Of a DNA stretch of 56,383 bases, positions 47,528-56,383 are shown piece by piece (the stretch's first letter is position 1; every line of letters starts with the position of its first letter). The stretch comes from an uncultured Clostridium sp. (GTDB taxonomy: Bacteria; Bacillota_I; Bacilli_A; RF39; UBA660): contig CAZYRI010000003.1 of NCBI GenBank assembly GCA_964649575.1, positions 1 through 56,383 of the forward strand, written 5' to 3'. Made by a program: the position numbers and the translations under genes. The notes below the pieces were generated by a model. That model was not told the origin of the DNA, ran no database searches, and saw only the letters and a list, made by a program, of their open reading frames with translations.

Positions 47528-48820
47528 TGTCTTTTTAAGTACCTTATAATATGAATATGTTGTATATATTAGGTTAGCTATTATTGATAATATCAAACTA
47601 TACAAACCAATTCTCATAAGTGACAATGCTGCGATTAGTATTAATCTTATTATTGATGAAGTTATACTTATTCTCATAGCGGCTTTACTTTTTCCAAGTG
47701 CTTGAAGTGCATTTGAAAGTGGATATTCAATATAGAATAGTATTGTAAATGGACTAAGTATTCTTATATAATCTATTCCATATGTAGTTTTATATAAAAG
47801 ATTTAAAAAGAACTTTGGAAAGAGTACTATTATAAAAGTTGCTAATGTTCCGATTGTACAGGAAATTAGTACTATTTGTTTTATTCTTTTGATACACATT
47901 TTATAATCTTTTATACTATAATATTTTGATAACTCTGGTATTAGTGATGTTGACATATTTTGAGTGAAAAATGCTGGTAGGAGTAATAATGACATAGCAT
48001 AAGCATTAATAATTCCATACTCATTTACTATAAAGTCATTTGGGTATCCTACAAAAAGAAGTACATTTGTAAGTATTATTGGTTCTAAAAAATATGAAAA
48101 GGAACCGACTATTTTACTTGATGTTGATGGTATACTTATTTCCATTACTTTTTTAATTGCTGCTTTACTTATATATTTTTTATTAAATTCTATGCTTTTT
48201 TTAGGAAAATAATATATCATAACTATTTGTGATATTACTTCTCCAATTGCATTAACTAAAATAATGAAGCTTATTGTGTGTATTAAGCTTATTTTTATTA
48301 TTTTAGGTATAAATATTCCTATTAATATTAATCTTGTAACTTGTTCTAGAAAGTTTGAAAGCATATATGGAAACATATTTTGTTTTCCCCAAAAATATCC
48401 TTTTATAATTGATGAAACTGATATAAAGGGTGCTAATATTGATATACATATTATTGGGTAATAAAGACTACTATTATGAAGAAGATTTGTTGATAATGTT
48501 TTAGCAAATAAAATTGTTATTAATATTAATATTGCATTCATTATTATTGATAATGGAAGTAGTGATAATATTATTGTTTTTGATCTTTCACTTCTTTCTG
48601 ATATTACTTTTGAAATACTGGTTGGATAGCTTAAAGTGGATATTACAGTTATTAGGGATATAGTAGGGGAAAGCATACTATAAAGGCCCATTCCTTCACT
48701 ACCTAATGTTCTAGTAATTAATATTTTAAGTATGAATCCTACTGCTTTTCCAATAGTTCCTCCGATTAAAAGTACTACCGTTGATTTTAAAAATATATTA
48801 TTTTTAATTTTGTTTAACAT
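47516..48820 (-). CDS. SpoVB-like MOP-family flippase
   Basis: RTLGSEGMGLY, KGYFWG, EQVTR, SLIPELS, LQALGK; convergent with the DUF421 gene as in B. subtilis yrbG-spoVB. Confidence 0.8.
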   Translation of the reverse strand: MLNKIKNNIFLKSTVVLLIGGTIGKAVGFILKILITRTLGSEGMGLYSMLSPTISLITVISTLSYPTSISKVISERSERSKTIILSLLPLSIIMNAILILITILFAKTLSTNLLHNSSLYYPIICISILAPFISVSSIIKGYFWGKQNMFPYMLSNFLEQVTRLILIGIFIPKIIKISLIHTISFIILVNAIGEVISQIVMIYYFPKKSIEFNKKYISKAAIKKVMEISIPSTSSKIVGSFSYFLEPIILTNVLLFVGYPNDFIVNEYGIINAYAMSLLLLPAFFTQNMSTSLIPELSKYYSIKDYKMCIKRIKQIVLISCTIGTLATFIIVLFPKFFLNLLYKTTYGIDYIRILSPFTILFYIEYPLSNALQALGKSKAAMRISITSSIIRLILIAALSLMRIGLYSLILSIIANLIYTTYSYYKVLKKTLTS

Positions 48821-48918
48821 AATAAAGTATATGAAAATATCTTTTAATAATTTATAAAATTATTATTATTAAATTTATAAGATTTCTATTTGTAAAATGT
48901 AAAGTTTTGTAACATATA

Positions 48919-48947
48919 TTGATATATTAAAGTATATATGTTATATT
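48919..48947 (+). promoter_or_regulatory. putative promoter of 6S RNA
   Basis: TTGATA (48919-48924), 17 nt, TGtTATATT (48939-48947). Confidence 0.55.
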
Positions 48948-48953
48948 ATAAAT

Positions 48954-49121
48954 AACCTAGATGATAGATATAGCTTCATAAACCGGCTATGTAATACTAT
49001 AGGGGGATTAATTAGTATATGGTGTTGAATATTGCATTTTAATGCAAGATCCCGAGTATATTATGTATCCTACCACCTCGTGCGAATCGCGAGTTTTATT
49101 ACACTATATTTTCACTGGGTT
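48954..49121 (+). ncRNA. ssrS: 6S RNA
   Basis: terminal stem AACCTAG/CTGGGTT, long internal complementarity, CCACCTCG..GCGAG hairpin typical of Firmicute 6S, GC-richer than flanks, directly upstream of tcdA (yrvM) like B. subtilis 6S-1. Confidence 0.75.
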
Positions 49122-49180
49122 TTATTTTGCTTTATTTTCTATTCTTTGATATAATACTACTTGCTTATGGGAGGCAATTT

Positions 49181-49858
49181 ATGAATCTTGTTAGACTAGA
49201 AAGTTTAGTAGGGAAAGAGAATATAGAAAAGATTAAAAAACTTAAAGTTCTTGTTTTAGGACTTGGAGGAGTTGGCGGATATACGGTAGAATCACTTGTT
49301 AGATGTGGTGTTGAAAATATAACACTTGTAGATAGTGATACTATTAAACCAAGTAATATCAATAGACAAATTATTACTACAAATAAAAATATAAATAAAT
49401 ATAAAACACGAGAATGGAAAAAGAGAATAAAACTTATAAATAAAAATGCTGTTGTTAATATTATTAATGTTCATATAACTGAAGATAATATAGAATGTTT
49501 ATTTGGTAGTGATTATGATTATATTATTGATGCTTGTGATACTACTAAAGTAAAAGTGAAATTAATTATTGAATGTCATAATAGAAACATTAAACTTGTT
49601 TCTTCTATGGGAACAGCTAATAAACTTGATGCTACTAAAGTATATATTACTACTCTTGATAAAACTCATAGTGACCCTCTTGCTAAAAAAATTAGACATG
49701 AACTTGGAAAATATAAGGAATATATGAGTGATGTTATTGTTGTTACTTCAAGTGAAAAGGCTATTAATAATACTATGCTTGGTTCAACAGCATTTGTTCC
49801 TGGAACAGCTGGACTTTTTATAACAAATTATATAATAAAAGATGTAACTGGTATGTAG
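49181..49858 (+). CDS. tcdA: tRNA threonylcarbamoyladenosine dehydratase (ThiF family)
   Basis: GLGGVGG, SNINRQ, IIDACD, SSMGTANK, DPLAK, GSTAFVP. Confidence 0.9.
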   Translation: MNLVRLESLVGKENIEKIKKLKVLVLGLGGVGGYTVESLVRCGVENITLVDSDTIKPSNINRQIITTNKNINKYKTREWKKRIKLINKNAVVNIINVHITEDNIECLFGSDYDYIIDACDTTKVKVKLIIECHNRNIKLVSSMGTANKLDATKVYITTLDKTHSDPLAKKIRHELGKYKEYMSDVIVVTSSEKAINNTMLGSTAFVPGTAGLFITNYIIKDVTGM

Positions 49859-50557
49859 TTACATCTTTTTAGTACATTGTTTTAAACTTAATCCTTCATC
49901 ATCAAGTTCATTTTCTGTTTTTGAAAGTGGTTCATTACCTTTTAAAAATGAATTTATATATATACTTCCACTTATTGATTGAAAATCTCTACTTTTATAT
50001 CCTGTTTTTGTATTATAGAAAGAGTCTCCGTATATTCTAGCTATTTTTTCATCTAGTATATGGTATCCATTGATTAATAATTTTTGTATTTCTTTTTTAT
50101 CTTCTTTTTTTATGAAGTATCCTGGAGAAGGTGTTCTTAATATTTGATTGTTGTATATGATGTATTCTTTTTTATCATCTATGAAGAATTGTCTATATGT
50201 TGGATCTATTAAATATGGTACAGTTGTGCCATTTACATTAAAAATTGCAATAAGAAATGAATGTCCTTCTATATCTTTCGTTATTACATTTTGTGTCATA
50301 CATGGATGAGTTTCAACTTCTAAACTATTTAGATAATGTGTTATTATTGCTTGAGCTTTATCACATTTGAATTGAAAACTGAAATTACTTACATCATCTG
50401 TGAATTTACATCTTGTTTGATAGCATATATAGTCTAAAAATATATTGATTTCTTCTTCTGTTAATGGTTCTTTTGATAATATTTTTTGTTCTAGCATTTC
50501 TATTACTTGTGGATCTGTATTTACTGTTTTTGGTGTTGATTCTATTATATATTTCAT
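49859..50557 (-). CDS. hypothetical protein with Cys-His-Asp (transglutaminase/papain-like) pattern
   Basis: FKCDKAQ, GHSFLI, YLIDPTYRQF; ATGA overlap with rarA. Confidence 0.6.
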   Translation of the reverse strand: MKYIIESTPKTVNTDPQVIEMLEQKILSKEPLTEEEINIFLDYICYQTRCKFTDDVSNFSFQFKCDKAQAIITHYLNSLEVETHPCMTQNVITKDIEGHSFLIAIFNVNGTTVPYLIDPTYRQFFIDDKKEYIIYNNQILRTPSPGYFIKKEDKKEIQKLLINGYHILDEKIARIYGDSFYNTKTGYKSRDFQSISGSIYINSFLKGNEPLSKTENELDDEGLSLKQCTKKM

Positions 50558-51750
50558 TGTTTCACCTTTATACTGTTATTAAATTTATACATTTCTGTTT
50601 CATATTTGTTTTTTCTTGGAATATAATATTTTCTACCTTTTAATTCTTTTGGCATATATTCTTGATCTACCCAATAATTTGGATAATTGTGTGGGTATTT
50701 ATAGTTTGGACTTGATGTTCTTATATGTTCTGGTATTCTTCCAACTGATATTGTATTTATATCATTAATAGCTGCATTTATTGCTGTTTCTACTGAATTA
50801 CTTTTAGGACTTAAAGCCATATCTATTACTGCACAGCTAAGTGGTTTATATAGTTCAGGGAATCCAATTCTTTCACTTGCTTCAATTGCCGATAATACTT
50901 TCATTCCCATAGTTGGATTTGCAAGGCCAATATCTTCGTATGCTATTACAAGCATTCTTCTATAAATAATATCATAGTCTCCACATTCAATTAATCTCGC
51001 TAAGTAGTGTAGGGCAGCATCAACATCACTACCTCTAATACTTTTCTGAAATGCTGAAAGCATATCATAATATCCATCTTCATTTTTATCAGCAAAAAAT
51101 GCTGGAGTATTATGTGTTAACTTTATATTATCTATTGTTATTTCTTTATTATATCCATAGTAACAAAATTCAATTAAATTATATGCAAATCTTATATCTC
51201 CATTTGAAATACTTGATATATACTTAATTGTTTTATTATCCATTTTAATATCAGGGAGTACTTCTTTTACCTTTTTAATTCCTTTTTCAATTTCATTATC
51301 ATCTAGCGGTTTAAGCTCTATTAGGCTACATCTACTTCTTATAGCTTGATTTAGTGAATGATATGGATTTGAATTTGTAAGACCTATTAGTGTGATAAGA
51401 CCACTTTCTAGATAGGATAATAATATATCTTGTTTATCTTTATTCATTCTATGTATTTCATCTACTATTAAGATAAGTCCATTATACATTTTTGCTTCTT
51501 CTATAACAATTTCAAAGTCTTTTTTTGAGTTAACAGTTGCATTAAGCATTCTATATCTCATATTAAATTCATTCATTAATGCTAATGCAATTGTAGTTTT
51601 ACCACATCCGCTTGAACCATAAAATATTATATTAAATAGTTTTTTCTCTTTTACTAGGTTACTAAGTACTTTACCTTTTCCAATTATGTGTGTTTGCCCA
51701 AGAACATCTTTTAATAATTTTGGCCTTAATTTATTTTGCAATAGTTCCAT
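50554..51750 (-). CDS. rarA: replication-associated recombination protein A
   Basis: LRP..L.DVLGQ, GCGKTT, DEIHRMNK..QD, SAFQKSIRGSD, EDIGLANP, YKYPH. Confidence 0.94.
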   Translation of the reverse strand: MELLQNKLRPKLLKDVLGQTHIIGKGKVLSNLVKEKKLFNIIFYGSSGCGKTTIALALMNEFNMRYRMLNATVNSKKDFEIVIEEAKMYNGLILIVDEIHRMNKDKQDILLSYLESGLITLIGLTNSNPYHSLNQAIRSRCSLIELKPLDDNEIEKGIKKVKEVLPDIKMDNKTIKYISSISNGDIRFAYNLIEFCYYGYNKEITIDNIKLTHNTPAFFADKNEDGYYDMLSAFQKSIRGSDVDAALHYLARLIECGDYDIIYRRMLVIAYEDIGLANPTMGMKVLSAIEASERIGFPELYKPLSCAVIDMALSPKSNSVETAINAAINDINTISVGRIPEHIRTSSPNYKYPHNYPNYWVDQEYMPKELKGRKYYIPRKNKYETEMYKFNNSIKVKQ

Positions 51751-51827
51751 AATTCACCTCAGAAATATTTTAACATAAATTAACTATTTTATATAGTATT
51801 ATGATATAATTACCTAAGGTGACAAGG

Positions 51828-52832
51828 ATGAAAAAACTAGGCTTAAAAACAATTGTGATATTTTTGATTACTATATTTTTATTTTATTATCTTTTAAAGG
51901 ATAATTTTGAAGAGTCAATGCAATTATTAAAAACTGTTAATTATTTATATATATTTTTAGCTGTTTTAGTATTTATTATATATATTATAATTGAATCTTA
52001 TTTGTTATATATACTAATTAAAAAGCAAAAGAAAAATTATAAATTTAAAGATGCGATTAATTTAGATATTATGACTAAATTTTTTAATGGAATAACTCCT
52101 TTTTCACTTGGAGGGCAACCTCTTCAAATATATAGATTAAATAGAGAAGGAGTTAGTGTTACTAAAGGTATATTGATTCTAGTTGAAAATTTTATAATAT
52201 TACAAATTACAATGAGTATAATGTGTGTTTTATATTTAGTGATTGGTTATATATTTGATGTCATGCCTAGTGGTTTTGTTTTATATTGTACTATACTTGG
52301 TATTATTATTACTATTATTTCACTTTTAATAGCAATATTTTCTTGCTTAAAAACTAGTGTTGCTAAAAAGATAGGATATTTCTTTATTGATAAATTTAAG
52401 TTTATTAAAGATAAAGAGGGTAAAAAAGAAAAATGGTCATCTAAATGTAGTGAATATTCTCTTGGATATAAAGATTTAATTAAAGATAAGAAATTTATTA
52501 TAAAATGCATTATTATTAATTTTATATATATGTCTATATACTTTATGGTTCCATTTTTTACATTTAAAGCATTAAATACTGATATAAATATTAACTTTAT
52601 TTTTTCTATGATTTTTGGTTGTTTTATATATACTGCTTCTTGTTTTATACCAATTCCTGGGGGAAGTGTTGGTGCTGAATATTCTTTTATTCATTATTTT
52701 GAAGTTATTGTAAAAGAAGCTTTTATTATACCAGGATTATTATTATGGAGATTTATAACTTATTATATACCTATGTTAATTGGAGGTATTATGTTTAATA
52801 TAATTGATTCAAAAAGTGTAAAAAATAAGTAA
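51828..52832 (+). CDS. lysylphosphatidylglycerol synthase TM-like (UPF0104) flippase domain protein
   Basis: FFNGITPFSLGGQP, PIPGGSVGAE, LLWRFITYY. Confidence 0.85.
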   Translation: MKKLGLKTIVIFLITIFLFYYLLKDNFEESMQLLKTVNYLYIFLAVLVFIIYIIIESYLLYILIKKQKKNYKFKDAINLDIMTKFFNGITPFSLGGQPLQIYRLNREGVSVTKGILILVENFIILQITMSIMCVLYLVIGYIFDVMPSGFVLYCTILGIIITIISLLIAIFSCLKTSVAKKIGYFFIDKFKFIKDKEGKKEKWSSKCSEYSLGYKDLIKDKKFIIKCIIINFIYMSIYFMVPFFTFKALNTDININFIFSMIFGCFIYTASCFIPIPGGSVGAEYSFIHYFEVIVKEAFIIPGLLLWRFITYYIPMLIGGIMFNIIDSKSVKNK

Positions 52833-52886
52833 AAAGGCTATCTTAAATAGCTTTTTTTATTGTATAATGTTACCAGGGTAAAAAAT

Positions 52887-53789
52887 ATGATAGAGATTGA
52901 TAATAAGGAATTAGTTGATGATTTTAAAGATTATTTAAGAATAGATAAGAATTATTCTGAGAATACTATTGAATCATATATAAGAGATATTAGTTCTTTT
53001 TTAGAATACACTAATAAAGAAGTTTTAGATATTTCTAAGAGGGATATTGATAATTATGTTTTACATGTATTACCAAAGTATAATGAAAGTTCTATTAATA
53101 GAATAATAGCTAGTATTAAAAGTTTTTATAAATATTTATCTATATATAAAGGTTATATTAATATATCTGAAGATGTAGAAAGTTTAAAAAGAAAGAAAAC
53201 TCTTCCTAAATATTTGAGTATTGAAGAAGTAGATAATTTACTTGATATTAAACTTGAAACTGCATTTGATTATAGAAATAAAGCTATTCTTGAATTATTA
53301 TATGCAACAGGACTTAGAGCAACTGAACTTGTTAATTTAGATTTAAATAATATAGATTTAAGCAATATGGTTGTTAATGTGTATGGTAAAGGAAGCAAAG
53401 AAAGAATTGTTCCATTATCTCATGTTGCGGTAAATTATTTGGATTTGTATGTTAATAAATATAGAAGTAAATTATTTGTTAAAAAACAGAGGCCTACTGA
53501 TTCATTATTTTTGAATAATCATGGTAACAGGATGACTAGGCAAGGTTTATATAAAATAATTGGCGAAATAGCTAAACAAAATAAAATTGATAAAGAAATA
53601 ACGCCTCATGTTTTAAGACATAGTTTTGCTACTCATTTAATTGAGTGCGGAGCTGATATTAGAAGTGTACAAGAGTTACTTGGACATGAGAATGTTGTTA
53701 CGACTGAAATTTATACTCATCTCGCTAACAATTTTATAAAAGATAATTATAATGAATATTTTAATAGAAGTAAGAAGGAAAGTGATTAG
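52887..53789 (+). CDS. xerD: site-specific tyrosine recombinase XerD
   Basis: YATGLRATEL, GKGSKERIVP, TPHVLRHSFATHL, VQELLGH, TEIYTH; upstream of deoB as in Bacilli. Confidence 0.88.
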   Translation: MIEIDNKELVDDFKDYLRIDKNYSENTIESYIRDISSFLEYTNKEVLDISKRDIDNYVLHVLPKYNESSINRIIASIKSFYKYLSIYKGYINISEDVESLKRKKTLPKYLSIEEVDNLLDIKLETAFDYRNKAILELLYATGLRATELVNLDLNNIDLSNMVVNVYGKGSKERIVPLSHVAVNYLDLYVNKYRSKLFVKKQRPTDSLFLNNHGNRMTRQGLYKIIGEIAKQNKIDKEITPHVLRHSFATHLIECGADIRSVQELLGHENVVTTEIYTHLANNFIKDNYNEYFNRSKKESD

Positions 53790-53790
53790 T

Positions 53791-54957
53791 ATGTTTAAAA
53801 GAGTTTTTTTAGTAGTTATGGATAGTGTTGGAGTTGGTGAAGCAAGTGATGCGGATAAATATGGTGATGTTGGATCTAATACATTACTTCATACTATCGG
53901 GGAATCTTACAATTTAGATACTTTAGAAAGACTTGGTCTTACTACTTTAGTGGGCAAAGAAGTAGAAAATACTAGAGGCCTTTATATGAAGGCTTGTCCT
54001 ATTAATCTTGCGAAAGATACTTTGAATGGGCATTATGAAATTATGGGTGCTGTTGCTAAAACTCCTTATAAAACATATCCAGAAGGTTTTCCACTAGAAC
54101 TTATTAGTAAAATTCAACAAGTAACAGGTAGAGATGTAATTGGTAATATTGTTGCTTCAGGTACTCAAATTATTCAAGATTTAGGTGAAATGCATATGAA
54201 AACTGGAGCATTAATAATATATACTTCTGCTGATTCTGTTTTACAAATAGCTGCTCATGAAGACATTGTTCCTGTTGAAGAATTATATAATATATGTGAG
54301 AAAGTGAGAGAACTTACAAAAGGCGATGAATATAAAATTGCAAGAATTATTGCTAGACCCTTTGTTGGAAAACCAGGTAATTTTACAAGAACTCCTAAGA
54401 GACATGATTATGCTTTAGATCCACCAATAAATGTACTTGATTTATTAGATAGAAATGGGATACAAACTATTGCTATTGGTAAAATATCAGATATATTTAA
54501 TGGTAAAAGTATTGCTTTAAAAGTAAGAACTAAAGATAATATGGATGGTATGATGAAGTTAATTGATTTTGCTAAGGGTGAGTTTAATGGATTATTATTT
54601 GCTAATTTAAATGATTTTGATATGTTATATGGTCATAGAAGAGATAGAGAAGGTTATTTAAAAGCTCTTGAAGATTTTAATTATTATTTACCTATTATGC
54701 TTAAGAATCTTAAAAAAGATGATTTGCTTATTATTACAGCTGATCATGGTAATGATCCTACATTTAGAGGTACAGATCATACAAGAGAGAATGTTCCAGT
54801 CCTTATTTATAGTCCTATTTTTAAAACAGGTAAGAGACTTCCTGACAGACAGACTTTTGCTGATATTGGTGCTACCATACTTGATAATTTTAAAATTAAA
54901 AATGAACTTGGAATTGGTACATCAATATTTGATGAACTTAGAAAAGATAAAGAGTAG
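53791..54957 (+). CDS. deoB: phosphopentomutase
   Basis: VMDSVGVG, KDT..GHYE, YTSADSVLQIAAHE, RIIARPF, YGHRRD, TADHGNDPT, DHTRE. Confidence 0.96.
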   Translation: MFKRVFLVVMDSVGVGEASDADKYGDVGSNTLLHTIGESYNLDTLERLGLTTLVGKEVENTRGLYMKACPINLAKDTLNGHYEIMGAVAKTPYKTYPEGFPLELISKIQQVTGRDVIGNIVASGTQIIQDLGEMHMKTGALIIYTSADSVLQIAAHEDIVPVEELYNICEKVRELTKGDEYKIARIIARPFVGKPGNFTRTPKRHDYALDPPINVLDLLDRNGIQTIAIGKISDIFNGKSIALKVRTKDNMDGMMKLIDFAKGEFNGLLFANLNDFDMLYGHRRDREGYLKALEDFNYYLPIMLKNLKKDDLLIITADHGNDPTFRGTDHTRENVPVLIYSPIFKTGKRLPDRQTFADIGATILDNFKIKNELGIGTSIFDELRKDKE

Positions 54958-55008
54958 AAAAGAAGATAACTGTATGATAAAATATAGTTATCTTTTTTGA
55001 GGTGAAGA

Positions 55009-56199
55009 ATGAAATTAAATGATATATATGATGTTACTATTGATAGTGAAGATAATATTGGAAATGGTGTTACAAGAATTAATAATTTTGTTACATTTGT
55101 TCCCTATACTTTGAGTGGCGAAGTAGTTAAAATTAAAATAACTAGCATTAATAAAAAGTATGCTGTTGGTAGTGTAATAGAATTTATAAGCAAAAGTAAG
55201 AACAGATGTGAAGTTAAATGTTCTTCTTATAATGAATGCGGTGGTTGTAATTTTTTACATATTGATTTTGATAATGAAAAATTTAAAAAGATTGATTATA
55301 TCAATAAATTATTTAATTTAAATATTGATAATATTCTTACTAATAATGAATATTATTATAGAAATAAAGCTACATTTCATATTAAAAATAACAAAATTGG
55401 TTATTATAGTGAAAAAAGTAATAATATAGTTGAATTTGATAATTGTTTGCTTCTAGATAGTAGAATTAATGATATATATAATTATTTAAAAGATAGTAAT
55501 TTAGATGGTCTTTTAGAAGTTATTATTAGAGTTACCAGTAAAGACATTATGATTACATTTATAGGTGATGATTATGATATAAATCCTATTATAAATAATT
55601 TTAATATTACATCTATATATTTTAATGATAAACTTGTATATGGTAAAGAGTATATTATTGAAGAAGTTAATGGAATTAAATATAGTATATATCCTGAATC
55701 TTTTTTTCAGGTAAATACTTTAAATATGAAAATTATGTATGATAAAGCTAAAGAGTATGCTGGATATGGTAATAATTTACTTGATTTATATTGTGGGACC
55801 GGTACAATAGGGATATATTTAAAAGATAATTTTAAACATATAGATGGTATTGAATTAAATGAATATTCTATTAAAAATGCGAATATTAACAAAAAATTAA
55901 ATAATATTGGCAATATAGACTTTTTATGTGGTGATGCTAGTATAGCTAAAAATAATAATTATGATGTTATTATAGTTGATCCTCCAAGAGGTGGTTTATC
56001 ACTAAAAGTTAATAATTTTTTAAATAATTCTAATGCAAATAAAATAATTTATATTTCTTGTAATCCAAAAACATTAAAAAGAGATATTGAATTACTTGAT
56101 AATTATAATTTAGAAAAATTAGAGTGCATTAATATGTTTAATAGGACTAAACATGTTGAATGTGTTTCATTATTACATCGAAATAACTTTGAAAAATAG
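55009..56199 (+). CDS. rlmD: 23S rRNA (uracil-5)-methyltransferase RlmD/RumA
   Basis: TRAM domain, C...CGGC, SFFQVN, DLYCGTGTIG, VDPPRGG, YISCNP, HVE. Confidence 0.92.
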   Translation: MKLNDIYDVTIDSEDNIGNGVTRINNFVTFVPYTLSGEVVKIKITSINKKYAVGSVIEFISKSKNRCEVKCSSYNECGGCNFLHIDFDNEKFKKIDYINKLFNLNIDNILTNNEYYYRNKATFHIKNNKIGYYSEKSNNIVEFDNCLLLDSRINDIYNYLKDSNLDGLLEVIIRVTSKDIMITFIGDDYDINPIINNFNITSIYFNDKLVYGKEYIIEEVNGIKYSIYPESFFQVNTLNMKIMYDKAKEYAGYGNNLLDLYCGTGTIGIYLKDNFKHIDGIELNEYSIKNANINKKLNNIGNIDFLCGDASIAKNNNYDVIIVDPPRGGLSLKVNNFLNNSNANKIIYISCNPKTLKRDIELLDNYNLEKLECINMFNRTKHVECVSLLHRNNFEK

Positions 56200-56243
56200 A
56201 TAAAGCATATTTTTGATAAAAAATGAAGAGGAGGTGAAAAAAT

Positions 56244-56383
56244 ATGAACGAAAGTAATATATTATTATATGAAACTGATGAAGGAAAAATAAATGTAGAT
56301 GTAATATTAAAAGATGAAACAATATGGTTAACTCAAAAGAGTATGTCAGAATTATTTGAATGTAGTACTGATAATATAGGATT
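56244..56383 (+). CDS. RhuM-family protein (partial, runs off the window)
   Basis: SD GGAGGTGA; MNESNILLYETDEGKINVDVILKDETIWLTQKSMSELF matches the RhuM N-terminal pattern; absent from the ORF track because it is truncated. Confidence 0.75.
   Translation, partial: MNESNILLYETDEGKINVDVILKDETIWLTQKSMSELFECSTDNIG

Noticed and set aside
52887-53789. Tyrosine recombinase as an integrase or shufflon driving the module shuffling
   Set aside because: Sequence and xerD-deoB context match housekeeping XerD; no adjacent att sites or invertible repeats were seen.

Overview
A very AT-rich chromosomal segment from a low-GC Firmicute (Bacilli-like: PolC, T-box riboswitch, SigH next to rlmB, B. subtilis-like queA-tgt-yrzE-yrbG-spoVB, 6S RNA-tcdA-rarA and xerD-deoB gene order). 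The compact layout and short SMC suggest a genome-reduced lineage (inference). Most genes are housekeeping: aspS, lysS, polC, polA, tmcAL, rpmF, ppa, lgt, rlmB, ruvAB, rnc, smc, def, trxA, queA, tgt, tcdA, rarA, xerD, deoB and rlmD. Six surface-protein genes are scattered between them. Each joins one of two N-terminal fibre-assembly modules (type IV prepilin or SipW/TasA-like) to one of several C-terminal modules (DUF285 repeats, a C-type-lectin-like DUF6273-type domain, or a Thr-rich/Cys domain). One of the six ends in a stretch with the codon signature of a diversity-generating retroelement (DGR) variable region, and another has a G8 tract in its promoter spacer. Other points of note: an L32 with an N-terminal extension resembling the Prp-cleaved L27 leader; a racemase/ATP-grasp/flippase operon; an ADP-ribosyltransferase-like ORF between aspS and lysS; a T-box with an atypical expression platform; and the probable start of an island after rlmD. 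I saw no tRNA, rRNA, CRISPR array, transposase or reverse transcriptase. All calls come from motif recognition by eye; no searches were run.
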